36,647 nucleotides of DNA from a virus. Taxonomy: Duplodnaviria; Caudoviricetes. The notes under the pieces were generated by a model. That model did not search any database, was not told where the DNA came from, and worked only from the letters and a program-made list of their open reading frames with translations. Positions within the stretch are counted from its first letter, which is position 1. Each line of letters opens with the position of its first letter. The stretch covers positions 1-36,647 of the IMG/VR virus record IMGVR_UViG_3300043173_000136; one strand, written 5' to 3'. Shown in pieces: positions 13,757-23,342 of the stretch. The translations under genes and the position numbers were made by a program.

Positions 13757-15248
13757 TTACGAGGATTTAGGTAGCGACCAAATCGCTTGTATTGATTTTC
13801 TAAACGACGGCGAGGACGCGCTAGTATGCGCCGACGTCGGTACCGGCAAGACGGTTATAGCCCTAACCGCCGCCAACGAGGCATTAGACCACGGCCGTAT
13901 TAACCGCTGGCTAGTGCTCGCCCCGCTACTCGTCGCCGACGACGTTTGGCGAGGCGAGCATATGGAATGGTCGCACTTAGACCATTTAACCGTCGGAATT
14001 GCTGCCGGCGAGGACGCCGACGTACGTAAAAAGATAATCGACGGCGGGCATGAAATCGTGGTACTCAACTACGAAAACCTCGCTTGGCTAATGGACGAGT
14101 ACCCCATTAAACGCAAAAAGGTAAAGGGCAAAACCGTACGCGAGTACACGCTACCTTTTGACGGGCTGATATGCGACGAGGTAGACAAATTAAAGAGCGT
14201 ATCGAGTAACCGATTTAAAGAATTCCGCAAGCAAATAGATTGCTTTAAAATGCGCCTCGGCCTAACCGGTACGCTATTGCCGACCGAGCTAACGGAATTA
14301 TGGGGGCAAACATTCGTGGTAGACGGCGGGCAATCGCTCGGCCGTTCATTCTATAAATTCCGTAAAGAATATTTTTACCCGATAGATTTCAAGCAACGCG
14401 ATTGGCGTCCGTTTAAGGGTACCTACGAGGCCATGCTAGAAAAACTCGCGGGGCTCGTGTACCGGTTGAAAGCTAAAGGCTTGCCCGAGGTCACGCTAGA
14501 GATATCGGCGCGGCTCGCGCTACCGCCGAAAGTGCGCGCAATATATAAGGAATTAGAAGATAAATTATTTTTAATCCTAGAGGGCGGGCACAAAGTAGAC
14601 GCCGCTAACAAGGGCGTATTAAGCGGCAAACTGCAACAAATTTGCGCCGGCTTTTCGTACGTCGAGCGCGAGGATTGCCACAAGTGCGGGCATACTATCG
14701 TGCTGCAAGAAACCGGCAAACGCCGGTGCGCAAAATGTAACACCCTGGCTAAACCGCTGGCGGTATGGCATAGCCGCGATAAATTCGATTGGCTCGACCG
14801 CGAACTAGCCGAGGCCAAGCGCGAGGGCAAACAGGTTTTAGTGTTCTATCATTTCCGCGAGGAATTAGACGAGATACTACGGCGCTACCCTGATATGCAC
14901 TATTTATCCGGCGTAAGTCGAAAAAAGGGGCGCGAGAGTGTCCTACTTTGGAACACGGGGCGGCTACCGTACCTAGCATTGCACCCTATGAGCGCCGGGC
15001 ACGGGCTTAACCTACAGAAAAGCCACGCCCACGAAATACGCGCGCTTACTATGCCGTGGTCGGGCGGTATGTTTAAGCAACTTGCCGGCCGCCTGGCTCG
15101 ACGCGGTAACCCGTCTAAATTCGTAAACGTGCGTACCGCCGTTTTCGAGGGCACCATAGACGAGGACGTAATAGCCAAGGTGCGCGAACGGCTCGACACG
15201 CTAGACGCTTTCCTAGATGATATCGAGGCATGGCAAAACGCCGCCTAG
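13749..15248 (+). CDS. SNF2-family (SF2) helicase
   Basis: GTGKT, LVLAPL, LNYENL, ICDE, GLTGT, KLQQI, HP-x-SAGHGLNLQ, Q-x-x-GR-x-x-R-x-G. Confidence 0.92.
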   Translation: MLDYEDLGSDQIACIDFLNDGEDALVCADVGTGKTVIALTAANEALDHGRINRWLVLAPLLVADDVWRGEHMEWSHLDHLTVGIAAGEDADVRKKIIDGGHEIVVLNYENLAWLMDEYPIKRKKVKGKTVREYTLPFDGLICDEVDKLKSVSSNRFKEFRKQIDCFKMRLGLTGTLLPTELTELWGQTFVVDGGQSLGRSFYKFRKEYFYPIDFKQRDWRPFKGTYEAMLEKLAGLVYRLKAKGLPEVTLEISARLALPPKVRAIYKELEDKLFLILEGGHKVDAANKGVLSGKLQQICAGFSYVEREDCHKCGHTIVLQETGKRRCAKCNTLAKPLAVWHSRDKFDWLDRELAEAKREGKQVLVFYHFREELDEILRRYPDMHYLSGVSRKKGRESVLLWNTGRLPYLALHPMSAGHGLNLQKSHAHEIRALTMPWSGGMFKQLAGRLARRGNPSKFVNVRTAVFEGTIDEDVIAKVRERLDTLDAFLDDIEAWQNAA

Positions 15249-15523
15249 AAATAGATATAGAAACCGATTGCGTAAACATAGCCGCCGCCGCCGGCGTACC
15301 GTCGTCTAAACTCGAAAAAGTAAAACGCTCATGGCCCGACCGGGCTTTTTGGGTGCCCGGCGGGCGGCCGTGGATCGTAGAATTTAAACGCCCTGGCGAG
15401 ACGCCCGAGCCTCAACAAGCCGAGCGTATCGAAATGCTGCGCGGGCTAGGCTACGAGATTAGCGTTATTGACTCGGTAACGGAATTTCGGGCGTTTTTTT
15501 CTCAGTATTTGCCGGCGGATTGA
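15230..15523 (+). CDS. VRR-NUC domain nuclease
   Basis: E-x-x-IE…WPDR…IVEFKRPG…Q…L-x-x-LG-x-x-x-x-VIDS. Confidence 0.88.
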   Translation: MAKRRLEIDIETDCVNIAAAAGVPSSKLEKVKRSWPDRAFWVPGGRPWIVEFKRPGETPEPQQAERIEMLRGLGYEISVIDSVTEFRAFFSQYLPAD

Positions 15524-15674
15524 GTGACGCCAGCGCGAGCCCGAGTTGCTTATGCAATTCGCGCGCAACGTCTATCGGGTAAACTTGCTTACCGTTGCCG
15601 ATATCGACGTCTATATACATTACCGGGCGGGCGGTTACTTGTACCGGTTGGTTTTGTCCGTTGTTTCCGTTCAT
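15465..15674 (-). CDS. Small hypothetical protein after the tail fibre
   Basis: AAGGA RBS; last gene of the structural operon; overlaps the 3' end of VRR-NUC. Confidence 0.55.
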   Translation of the reverse strand: MNGNNGQNQPVQVTARPVMYIDVDIGNGKQVYPIDVARELHKQLGLALASLNPPANTEKKTPEIPLPSQ

Positions 15675-15687
15675 GGCGAGTTTCCTT

Positions 15688-17493
15688 TTAAGCTATCGGA
15701 GTCCATCGTAACCAAGACCCGGCAACTATGCGAACTAAAGTTGCGTCGGATACTTGCTGCGCGAATCTAAAATCTACCGTGGCGCCGGCCGCGCCGGCCC
15801 TCACAGACCCGAGTAAGCGCATTATGTATTGTTGGTTATCGGTAAGACTGGTATTGCTACGTATGCCGGTAAAACTGCCGTTATCGGCGTTTATCGTAGA
15901 CCCGGCCCCGGCCAAATCCAAGTTTACCCAACTATACGAATTAATCGCGAAAGCGCCGGCGGCTAGTTGAAAATCCCACTTAATACCGGTCGTGGCAAAA
16001 GCCGCGCCGACAAAAATTATATACGCCTCGAAAGCGTAATCAGTATCGGCGACAAGCACACTCGTAGAGAGTTCGGTAACATCGACCGACGTTGTTGTAG
16101 CGTTATCTTGATCCGAGTTTAAAAATTTCGCGATAGCATTAACGGCGCCAAGGTCGGCCGTCGTTAACACGCGCTCGAAACCGGCGCCGCTCGCTTGGTT
16201 GTCTACGGTTACCCCGCCGCTAGCCGGTGTCACGGTACGCAATACCGCAGCGTTGCTAGCCGGGTGATTAATTTCTACGATGCTATCGGGTAGGATAGCA
16301 AACCCGATTCGCGAGGCCCCGCTAGTATTCGTAGCGAGTAGCCTTAACTCGCCGGTTTCCATAACGTTAGCGAGTTGTAGCACGTTGTTACCCGAGTATC
16401 CGACGCGGCCTAACTGATCGTTACCGGCAAGGTCGTAAAATTGAAGCGCGCAAACGACGGCCTCGCTAATCGGCGGGGTCGCCGTATTTATATCGGCGCG
16501 TACACGTACGTTGCCGGCGGCGGCTACGTGAAAATACTCGGTGCTGGAAAATAATAGCGTCGAGCCGTTACTAATATTGCCGAGCACGCTATCTGAGGAA
16601 ATTTTATATTTTGCGCCGATGTTACCCAAATTTAATAGGCCGGGTGCTGCCGGGTTATACTGCATAGCTTCGGACGTACTACCGCCAAAACTTACGATAC
16701 CGCCGAGCGCATTTAGGTTCAATTGGCCGACGGCCGTAGCACCTACTTTAGCTTGTATCTCGCTCCGACCAATCGCTAAATGCGGGTCACCCCCCGGATT
16801 TAACGCGCCAACATTTACCGCGTTATTAATATCGACTAAATCTATCGCCGACGAGTTCGGAATAATTATCGGCAACACGCCAACCGGTTGCAGAAATAGC
16901 GCGCCCGCCGTCGTGGCGTCGGTTTTACTCTGGATTGCTTGCGAGTTAAATTCTAAATGCTGCGCCGAATCGGGGTCGGCCGCGCCCGTTACTAACGCGA
17001 CGTTGGTATCTACCAAGTCGATAGAATCGCTATTCGTCAAACGTGCCGAGCCGATTACCGTCGTGCCGCCGCCGAGCGAGCCCATTAATTGAAAGTTGGT
17101 ACCGTCGTAGCGCAGTTCGTAAATACCGCCGCTTTGTATCGCGCCGGCCCCTAGCGCCGACCCGTCACGATTCAATATGGTTTGCGTGCCGATACCGTTA
17201 ACGTCTATCGTCGAGCCGCCGGTATTGGTTGCGCTAAATATGCACGCGAAATACATACCGGCGAAATACGCCGCGTACGTCGTCGCGTTTAGCGTCAAAG
17301 TGTAGGCGTCGGCTATGCCGCCGGTGCTCAACGAGCCGTTAATATCGCCCCAAAAACGACGGGTAACGGCCATGCCCTCGCGCGCAGTATTGTTAACCTC
17401 CGAATACTGCATAGTATTTTCGGGCCAACCATCCGGCGGCGTGTCGTTGTTGTTCGCCGCTAATACATTCCAGTCATTTAAATCTTGTGCCAT
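15688..17493 (-). CDS. Tail fibre / receptor-binding protein
   Basis: The N-terminus W…NN…P-x-GWPE…S-x-VNN-x-ARE-x-MA followed by NTG-x-STI-x-VNG-x-G…Y-x-L-x-YDGTNFQL is a podoviral fibre anchor. Gly/Ala/Thr/Asn-rich; TAATG coupling gives start 17493. Confidence 0.8.
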   Translation of the reverse strand: MAQDLNDWNVLAANNNDTPPDGWPENTMQYSEVNNTAREGMAVTRRFWGDINGSLSTGGIADAYTLTLNATTYAAYFAGMYFACIFSATNTGGSTIDVNGIGTQTILNRDGSALGAGAIQSGGIYELRYDGTNFQLMGSLGGGTTVIGSARLTNSDSIDLVDTNVALVTGAADPDSAQHLEFNSQAIQSKTDATTAGALFLQPVGVLPIIIPNSSAIDLVDINNAVNVGALNPGGDPHLAIGRSEIQAKVGATAVGQLNLNALGGIVSFGGSTSEAMQYNPAAPGLLNLGNIGAKYKISSDSVLGNISNGSTLLFSSTEYFHVAAAGNVRVRADINTATPPISEAVVCALQFYDLAGNDQLGRVGYSGNNVLQLANVMETGELRLLATNTSGASRIGFAILPDSIVEINHPASNAAVLRTVTPASGGVTVDNQASGAGFERVLTTADLGAVNAIAKFLNSDQDNATTTSVDVTELSTSVLVADTDYAFEAYIIFVGAAFATTGIKWDFQLAAGAFAINSYSWVNLDLAGAGSTINADNGSFTGIRSNTSLTDNQQYIMRLLGSVRAGAAGATVDFRFAQQVSDATLVRIVAGSWLRWTPIA

Positions 17494-17879
17494 TACGATT
17501 GCCTTATTCGTTCGTAGGCGATAGTTGCAGTTACCCCATAAATGGTACACGTAATATCGTTTGCCGAGTCTACTTCTATACCAAGCGCGCCGCCCGGTTT
17601 AATGTTGATTCCCGAGCCGGGGTGCTGCGCTTGGAAAATACCCGCCGGTTGGTTCTGGCTTACTGATATGTGCGCGATTCCGGTATCCGCGTCGAAAGTC
17701 GTACCGTCGTCGTCGTGATAAAGCGATATCCTAACGTTACCGACCCCGTGATTATCTATCAAAATCAAAGTTATTTCGGTATGTAACCCCTCGGCCGGCA
17801 CCGCAAACAAAGTAACCGGAGTCGTAACCGCCGGCCTTACTTGCGCTAGTTGTTGGCCTTGGCCGTGAGATAGCGGCAT
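17493..17879 (-). CDS. Hypothetical virion protein (beta-rich)
   Basis: Coupled between the ejection and fibre genes. Confidence 0.7.
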   Translation of the reverse strand: MPLSHGQGQQLAQVRPAVTTPVTLFAVPAEGLHTEITLILIDNHGVGNVRISLYHDDDGTTFDADTGIAHISVSQNQPAGIFQAQHPGSGINIKPGGALGIEVDSANDITCTIYGVTATIAYERIRQS

Positions 17880-19516
17880 TATTCAAGTAACCCCGGCGCA
17901 AGTTTAGCGGCCGTACTCGCCGCCGCCGGTTGTGACATTGCCGCGAGCGCCTTACCCGCCCCGGCTTGCAATGGTGACGCGAGCGCCCGGCCGCCGGCTC
18001 GATAGAGCCAGGGCGCCGCCATTGCGGCCAAAGCCGTACCGCCAATACCGCCGGCGTCCTCGCCAAACATTCCGCCGGCCGCGCCGGCGCCGAGCATCCA
18101 AGGCAACATAGCGGTAGGCGTGCCCGAGTTCGGTACCGTCGGGCGTAAATCTCGCCCCGTGCGGCCCGCTTTTGCTAGCGGCGTATCGGCGGTTAAATCT
18201 GTTAGGCCGCGCTTTTCTAATGCGTTAGCGAGTTTGGCGCCGGATACATTACCGGTATCCGTACTCGTGACTTTTTCCAAGGTTTTGAGGTCGCGCCATT
18301 GGCCTTTTAATTCTGTCCATCGCGAAAGTTGTTTCGGCGGCATTTGCCGTTCGGCCATACCGTTAAGTATGTCGCGTAATTTTTTCATGGCCGCCCGCTC
18401 GTCAGGATCGAGGCCAACGCTTTTCATGTTACGCCCGATACGCGATAGGTCGTCGGCCATGCGCGCCGGCGGCATACCGGACGCCGTACGCCGGCGGTTT
18501 AGCATCTTGTTAACCATTTTCATAGTCTTAGGCGCGGTTAATTCCTCGCCTATAATTTCGTTACGTAGTTGCACCAATCCACGCGCCGACGGCATATCAA
18601 TTTGAAATGCTTTTTTGCCCTCGCCTACAATTTCGTCGAGCCCGCGCCCGATACGTGCTTTAGCGCCGGCCAATACTTTACCGGTAAGGGCGGTTACATT
18701 TTCGCCGATTGACGTAGACGCGAGCCGATTAATCGCCCGTTGCTGCCCGCGCGAAATAGACTCGAAAGCCGTGCCCAATCCCGGCATACGGGCTACGACT
18801 TCCTCTAATTTGGTAACTACTTTCGAGCCGATACGTTGCCCCGGCGTTAGTGGTATGCCGGCCTCGGTCGCCTCTCTAGCGGCCGATACGGCGCCTTTAG
18901 CGCGCTGGCTTAGTACCCCGGCGCCCTTGCCCAATGCCGGCATTAGAGCGCCTAGACCGGCCGATATGCCGGCGGTTGTGCCTTGGTCCTCGCCATACGT
19001 CAGACCGCCCAAGGCGCCGCTTATGGCCGCTTGCTCGCCCATTCTGCCAGCGAGCCCGCGCCCGGTGCCGAGTAGCGCCCGCGAACCGAGAGACGCCCCG
19101 CCAGCGGCCCCGCCGCCTAGCGGGGCCGTCGCCAGGTATGGCAGCATTTCGCCGGCCAGGGTCGCTTTCGGGCTTTCCGCCGCGAGCGGGGCGTACGTCT
19201 CGCCCTCTAGCTCGGCCTTACGGGCTAAATCGGCTTGCATTTCCTCGTCGCCGGTCGCCTTGGCGTATAGATTTTTAGCGCCCCGGCCAAGGTCGGTAAA
19301 CGTCTTGCCGGCGCCAATCATGGCCGCCTCGACCGGGTTGTATTCTTTCGCTTGCTCGGCGAGTAAGCCGCCGAATTCGGCCTCTTGTTTTTGCTTGGCC
19401 TCTTGCCTTTGCATGGTCTGAATTTGGTTGGCAAGTTTACGCGCGGCCTCGACGTCGCCGGCGGCGTCGGCGCCTTGTAATGCGTTCGCCAATCGCGCTA
19501 TAGAGTATTCCGCCAT
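17879..19516 (-). CDS. Putative DNA ejection/internal virion protein
   Basis: Ala/Gly-rich and helical, AL-x-x-ADAAGD-x-x-AA-x-x-LA N-terminus, GIPLTPGQ; position matches podovirus ejection genes. Confidence 0.65.
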   Translation of the reverse strand: MAEYSIARLANALQGADAAGDVEAARKLANQIQTMQRQEAKQKQEAEFGGLLAEQAKEYNPVEAAMIGAGKTFTDLGRGAKNLYAKATGDEEMQADLARKAELEGETYAPLAAESPKATLAGEMLPYLATAPLGGGAAGGASLGSRALLGTGRGLAGRMGEQAAISGALGGLTYGEDQGTTAGISAGLGALMPALGKGAGVLSQRAKGAVSAAREATEAGIPLTPGQRIGSKVVTKLEEVVARMPGLGTAFESISRGQQRAINRLASTSIGENVTALTGKVLAGAKARIGRGLDEIVGEGKKAFQIDMPSARGLVQLRNEIIGEELTAPKTMKMVNKMLNRRRTASGMPPARMADDLSRIGRNMKSVGLDPDERAAMKKLRDILNGMAERQMPPKQLSRWTELKGQWRDLKTLEKVTSTDTGNVSGAKLANALEKRGLTDLTADTPLAKAGRTGRDLRPTVPNSGTPTAMLPWMLGAGAAGGMFGEDAGGIGGTALAAMAAPWLYRAGGRALASPLQAGAGKALAAMSQPAAASTAAKLAPGLLE

Positions 19517-20994
19517 TACTCGGGACCCGTGGCGTATTTTTCTACGAGCGCGTCTACCGTGTCGGTAACGGCGGCCTCTTGCGCCGAATCAGTCATATTT
19601 TTTTGTTTTTTCTTTTGATCGGCGGTACGAAAATCTACGCCGCGCTCGGTTGACGGTGTAGCATCGTCGTAGCCGGCTTTACGCCGCCCCTCACGCACCA
19701 TTAACTCTAAGCTACGCCTAATGTCGGCCATTGCTTTCGTAAAGTCCTCAAAGTTAAGCACGCTTTCCGCACGTATTAACGACATAGTTAACGCGGCGCT
19801 TTCCTTATCTGAAATCGGGCCTATGCCGCCGGCGTCCTCTTTAATACTTCCAATCGCATTAATAAACGCTTGCGACTTCAATTGTTGTTGCCGCAATTTC
19901 CAATCCGAGGCGCCGGTCGCCGCGCCAAGTATCGGCACGTTTGCGGCTATATCGCCAAGCCAACCGGTATACGGATTCGTCATAAACCCGGTGCCAGGGT
20001 GCCCGGTTAACTCGTCTACGTAACGAATACCCTCGGCTATACGATCCTCTAAGCGCGGTAGTTTCTTAATCGCGGCGGCCTTATCGGCGTAAAGTGTCTT
20101 TACGTCCTCGCCAATGGCCGCACTAAGCGGGCTTACCACTTGTTGAGCGCCGCCGGCGCCGGCGCCACGTGTGCCGATACCGGTTACGCCGCCGCCGATT
20201 TCTAATAACTGCATCATTGGATCGCGTTCTATTTGCTTACCGCTACCGTCTAACGCCGGGTTTAATTCACTTTGCCCGGTTTCGGCATTTCGGTGCGGGA
20301 ACCAACCGTTACCGTCTTTATCCCAAATGATATTAAAACCCGAGCTACGCGCTTGTGACGCTTGCGAGGTCGCCGCTATGCGTTGTTGGTCGGTCTGGTA
20401 TCTCACAAAACCTTGGGCGGCCTTTTCGGGGTCGCCGTACTGCGCCAGCAAGCCGAAAAGTTGCGCGACGTCTTGCGGTAAATTCGGCTCGGTCATTGGC
20501 GGGCCCATTGGCGCGCCTTGGCCGGCCGGCTCGGTAAGTAGGCCGCCAGGTACGCCGGCGCCCTCGGTACCGGGAAACGGTAACGGGCCGTTGCCGGCTA
20601 GCAAACCCTCACCGCCCTCGGCGGCGGCTATTTCCTCGGGCGTCGCCGAGGGTAGCGCTTGCGGGCGCGCTTGTACGGTCGTGGCCGACGGGCCGCCGAG
20701 TAATCCTTGTGGCCGCGTGGTACCGAGTTGCATTTGTTGGTCGGAAACCTCGCTAATATCGGGGCCGATTTGGTCGCCGGCGGTTTGCTTGTCGCCGGCC
20801 AGGTACGACATTATTTCGCGGCGTAATTGTTCCTCGCGCTCTTTTTCGGTTTGTTTGTCGGCGCTTTCGCTGGCGTCCGAAAGGCCGCCCAATATGCCGG
20901 CGTACGGATCGCCGCCGCTGGCGTTAGCCGATAGCAAGCCCATACCCGACATAAACGCCGGATTAGCTAACATACTTTGCCAATCTATCGGCAT
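19516..20994 (-). CDS. Putative DNA ejection/internal virion protein
   Basis: G-x-GLL N-terminus, G-x-I-S-x-x-E motif near the C-terminus, synteny. Confidence 0.65.
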   Translation of the reverse strand: MPIDWQSMLANPAFMSGMGLLSANASGGDPYAGILGGLSDASESADKQTEKEREEQLRREIMSYLAGDKQTAGDQIGPDISEVSDQQMQLGTTRPQGLLGGPSATTVQARPQALPSATPEEIAAAEGGEGLLAGNGPLPFPGTEGAGVPGGLLTEPAGQGAPMGPPMTEPNLPQDVAQLFGLLAQYGDPEKAAQGFVRYQTDQQRIAATSQASQARSSGFNIIWDKDGNGWFPHRNAETGQSELNPALDGSGKQIERDPMMQLLEIGGGVTGIGTRGAGAGGAQQVVSPLSAAIGEDVKTLYADKAAAIKKLPRLEDRIAEGIRYVDELTGHPGTGFMTNPYTGWLGDIAANVPILGAATGASDWKLRQQQLKSQAFINAIGSIKEDAGGIGPISDKESAALTMSLIRAESVLNFEDFTKAMADIRRSLELMVREGRRKAGYDDATPSTERGVDFRTADQKKKQKNMTDSAQEAAVTDTVDALVEKYATGPE

Positions 20995-20996
20995 AG

Positions 20997-21116
20997 TTAC
21001 CGTCTTTTTTTACGCCGTTTTTTCGCGCCGGGGGTACTCGGCCCGCCCGGCGGGTTAGGGGTCGTAATACGTTTCGGTTTCCGGCCGGGTTTCGGCTTGG
21101 GTAATTTTCTACTCAT
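20997..21116 (-). CDS. 39-aa highly basic peptide (MSRKLPKPKPGRKPKR…KKRRKKRR)
   Basis: Fills the gap between flanking genes exactly; GGAG upstream; 16 K/R and no acidic residues. Not in the ORF track. Confidence 0.6.
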   Translation of the reverse strand: MSRKLPKPKPGRKPKRITTPNPPGGPSTPGAKKRRKKRR

Positions 21117-21119
21117 TAG

Positions 21120-21323
21120 CTATGCTCCGAGTTTCTTTAACTCTTTTGCCGTACGCCCTTTTAATCGGCGTATTGCGCCTTGCCCCGCTTGCGGGCGTTT
21201 CTTGCCAATGGCCTTGCTCTTACCAATCATTTTGCCAATGGCCTTGTTTCTGGTTTTCGTAGTCACGCTACCGGATTTTCTGGCGCGGGCTCTCATTCGA
21301 GAGGCTGGCGTAGATTTACTCAT
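21120..21323 (-). CDS. 67-aa highly basic protein
   Basis: 22 K/R and 1 E; in-operon with GGGG upstream. Confidence 0.65.
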   Translation of the reverse strand: MSKSTPASRMRARARKSGSVTTKTRNKAIGKMIGKSKAIGKKRPQAGQGAIRRLKGRTAKELKKLGA

Positions 21324-21330
21324 AATTAAG

Positions 21331-21852
21331 TTACCCCAACATAAAAGGATTAACGCCGCCCATTCCGCCGGCGCCGCCGCTTAACATCATTCGTAGCGCG
21401 GGGTCCATTCCGCCGCCGCCTTGTACTAGCGCCTCGGTACGCGAACCGGCTTGATCGGCTAGCGCCGTGCCCATATCGGCCGAGCCTGATATTTGGTTAC
21501 CGGCACCGGCGGCGCCGCCCAATAACGGCACGCCGCCGCCTTGGGTTTTAAAATATTGCGTAAGCATTTCGCGTAATTTTTCCTTACGCAATTTATCCTC
21601 GGCCTCTATGCCCGTTTTGTTGGCGCTGGCTAACCCGCCCATTAAACCGCCGATAGGATCGTTGCCGCCGCCTAAAAGACCCATGCCGCCAGCGAATAAC
21701 GGATTAGAAAGTAAACCGCCGACGCCGCTACTACCGGCCGGCGCGCCCATAGGCCCGCCAGGACCGAGAAACCCGCCGAGTTTATCCATAAAACCGCCGC
21801 CGGTACCGGCGAGGCTACCGCCGCTCTGCATACCTAATGTATTTAGTGGCAT
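21331..21852 (-). CDS. Gly-rich putative internal virion protein
   Basis: GGLL/GMGLL motifs similar to the N-terminus of the 492-aa protein; in-operon. Confidence 0.65.
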   Translation of the reverse strand: MPLNTLGMQSGGSLAGTGGGFMDKLGGFLGPGGPMGAPAGSSGVGGLLSNPLFAGGMGLLGGGNDPIGGLMGGLASANKTGIEAEDKLRKEKLREMLTQYFKTQGGGVPLLGGAAGAGNQISGSADMGTALADQAGSRTEALVQGGGGMDPALRMMLSGGAGGMGGVNPFMLG

Positions 21853-21857
21853 TTTCG

Positions 21858-23342
21858 TTAATCCCCTTGCGTGTAACCGTAACCGGCGCCTAGTAATCCG
21901 CCGGCGAGTGCGCCGTACGGGCCGAATGTTGAACCGGCCGCCGCGCCCGACATACCGCCGCCGAGTGCGCCTTGCGTGCGACTAGGACCGCCGCCGCTCG
22001 TCGAAATACTCGGATAAGAGGGTATCGCGTTAACGATTCCCGAAAATTGGTTAAGCCCCTGCCACGGCGCTTGCTGATAAAAGTCGAACCGTTGTCGCTC
22101 GGCGTCGATCAATCGTTGCGCTTGATCCTCGGTCATGGCGCCGCCTTGTATCATGCGGTCGATATTCTGGTAATCGAGGCCCGACGATTGCGGCACGAGG
22201 CCGCCGGCGCCGAGCATAGCGTTTTGTTGCGTGCCGTACATACCCGATAACGCGTCGATACCGCCCATACCGCCCATTTGTAAACCGAGCCCGGCTTGCA
22301 ATTGTCGGTCGGCGCCGCCTTGGTACAAACTGCTAGCGAGTTGCCCGCCGCCTAGTCCGAGGTCGCCGCCCATGCCGGCGGCTTGCTGCGCTAGGCCGCG
22401 CTCGCCTAGATACTGACTAGACCCAAGCCCGAGCCGGCCGAGTTCGGCTTGATTCAATTGCGAAAACAAATCGCCGCCAAGCGCGCCGCCTTGTAATTGT
22501 TGCGCGCCTAATTGCGTCGCGCCTTGCAACATACGGCCGCGCTCGGCCTCGTACGCTGGCATATAAACCGAGGACGCGAGTTGGCTAGCTACCTCGCCGG
22601 CGGCGTTACCTAAAACGTCGCCTTGTATGCCGGCGCCACTTACGCCGGCGGCGCCGCGTCGCGCTCTACCCGCGCCACCAAATTGCGCCGCGATTCCCGG
22701 CGCGATTTCCTCGTTAAATTTGTCGGTTATCCTTTGCGCCGCCGCGTCTAAATACGGATTCGCGCCGAGGTAATCGCCGGCGGCGGTTGCGCCTAGTTGT
22801 TGCTGCCCGGCCATTTGCCCGCCGGCCGCTTGTTGGGCTACTTGTTGAGACGCGGGAAGCGCCCCGGCCTGTGGACTACCCGCGAATTGTTGGGCCTCGC
22901 CTAACCCGCCAAATTGCGTCATGCCGCCAAGGACATTTTGCCACGGCGCCGTAGCGCCCCCCGCGAATTGTTGGGCGCCTTCCATGCCCATAGGGGTAGC
23001 GGCGGCGCCTAATGCTTGTTGCCCCGCCCCGATTTGTCCTAGATATTGATTCGCGCCGCCAAACGCGCCGGCTAAATCTACTTGCGGTTGGTTGAGCGAA
23101 CCGCTTAAAAAATTACTTAAACCTTGCTCGGGCGCCGAGCCGCCCATAGCTCGCCCCGTATTCATATCGAGGCCCATTTGGGTTTGCGGTGAAAACGGCG
23201 CGACCGTCGAGCCGGGGTAATATTGCTCGCCTTGGCCCGATTCGTACAAGCGCCCCGCTTGCTCCATTAATTGAGTCAAGTACGGTTGTGCACCCGCCCA
23301 CGGTGTACTTGTTTGGTTGGTGTCGCCGCCGCCGCCGCCCAT
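21858..23342 (-). CDS. Putative DNA ejection (pilot) protein
   Basis: MGGGGG…T…PW-x-x-AQPYL N-terminus, NPYL, Q/G/A-rich, hydrophobic Gly-rich C-terminus. Confidence 0.7.
   Translation of the reverse strand: MGGGGGDTNQTSTPWAGAQPYLTQLMEQAGRLYESGQGEQYYPGSTVAPFSPQTQMGLDMNTGRAMGGSAPEQGLSNFLSGSLNQPQVDLAGAFGGANQYLGQIGAGQQALGAAATPMGMEGAQQFAGGATAPWQNVLGGMTQFGGLGEAQQFAGSPQAGALPASQQVAQQAAGGQMAGQQQLGATAAGDYLGANPYLDAAAQRITDKFNEEIAPGIAAQFGGAGRARRGAAGVSGAGIQGDVLGNAAGEVASQLASSVYMPAYEAERGRMLQGATQLGAQQLQGGALGGDLFSQLNQAELGRLGLGSSQYLGERGLAQQAAGMGGDLGLGGGQLASSLYQGGADRQLQAGLGLQMGGMGGIDALSGMYGTQQNAMLGAGGLVPQSSGLDYQNIDRMIQGGAMTEDQAQRLIDAERQRFDFYQQAPWQGLNQFSGIVNAIPSYPSISTSGGGPSRTQGALGGGMSGAAAGSTFGPYGALAGGLLGAGYGYTQGD

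Noticed and set aside
18120-21985. Long plus-strand ORFs antisense to structural genes (e.g. 18615..19421, 20171..21058; also 31126..32019)
   Set aside because: Shadow ORFs of GC-rich coding sequence with Ser/Pro/Ala-rich translations, no RBS and no motifs.
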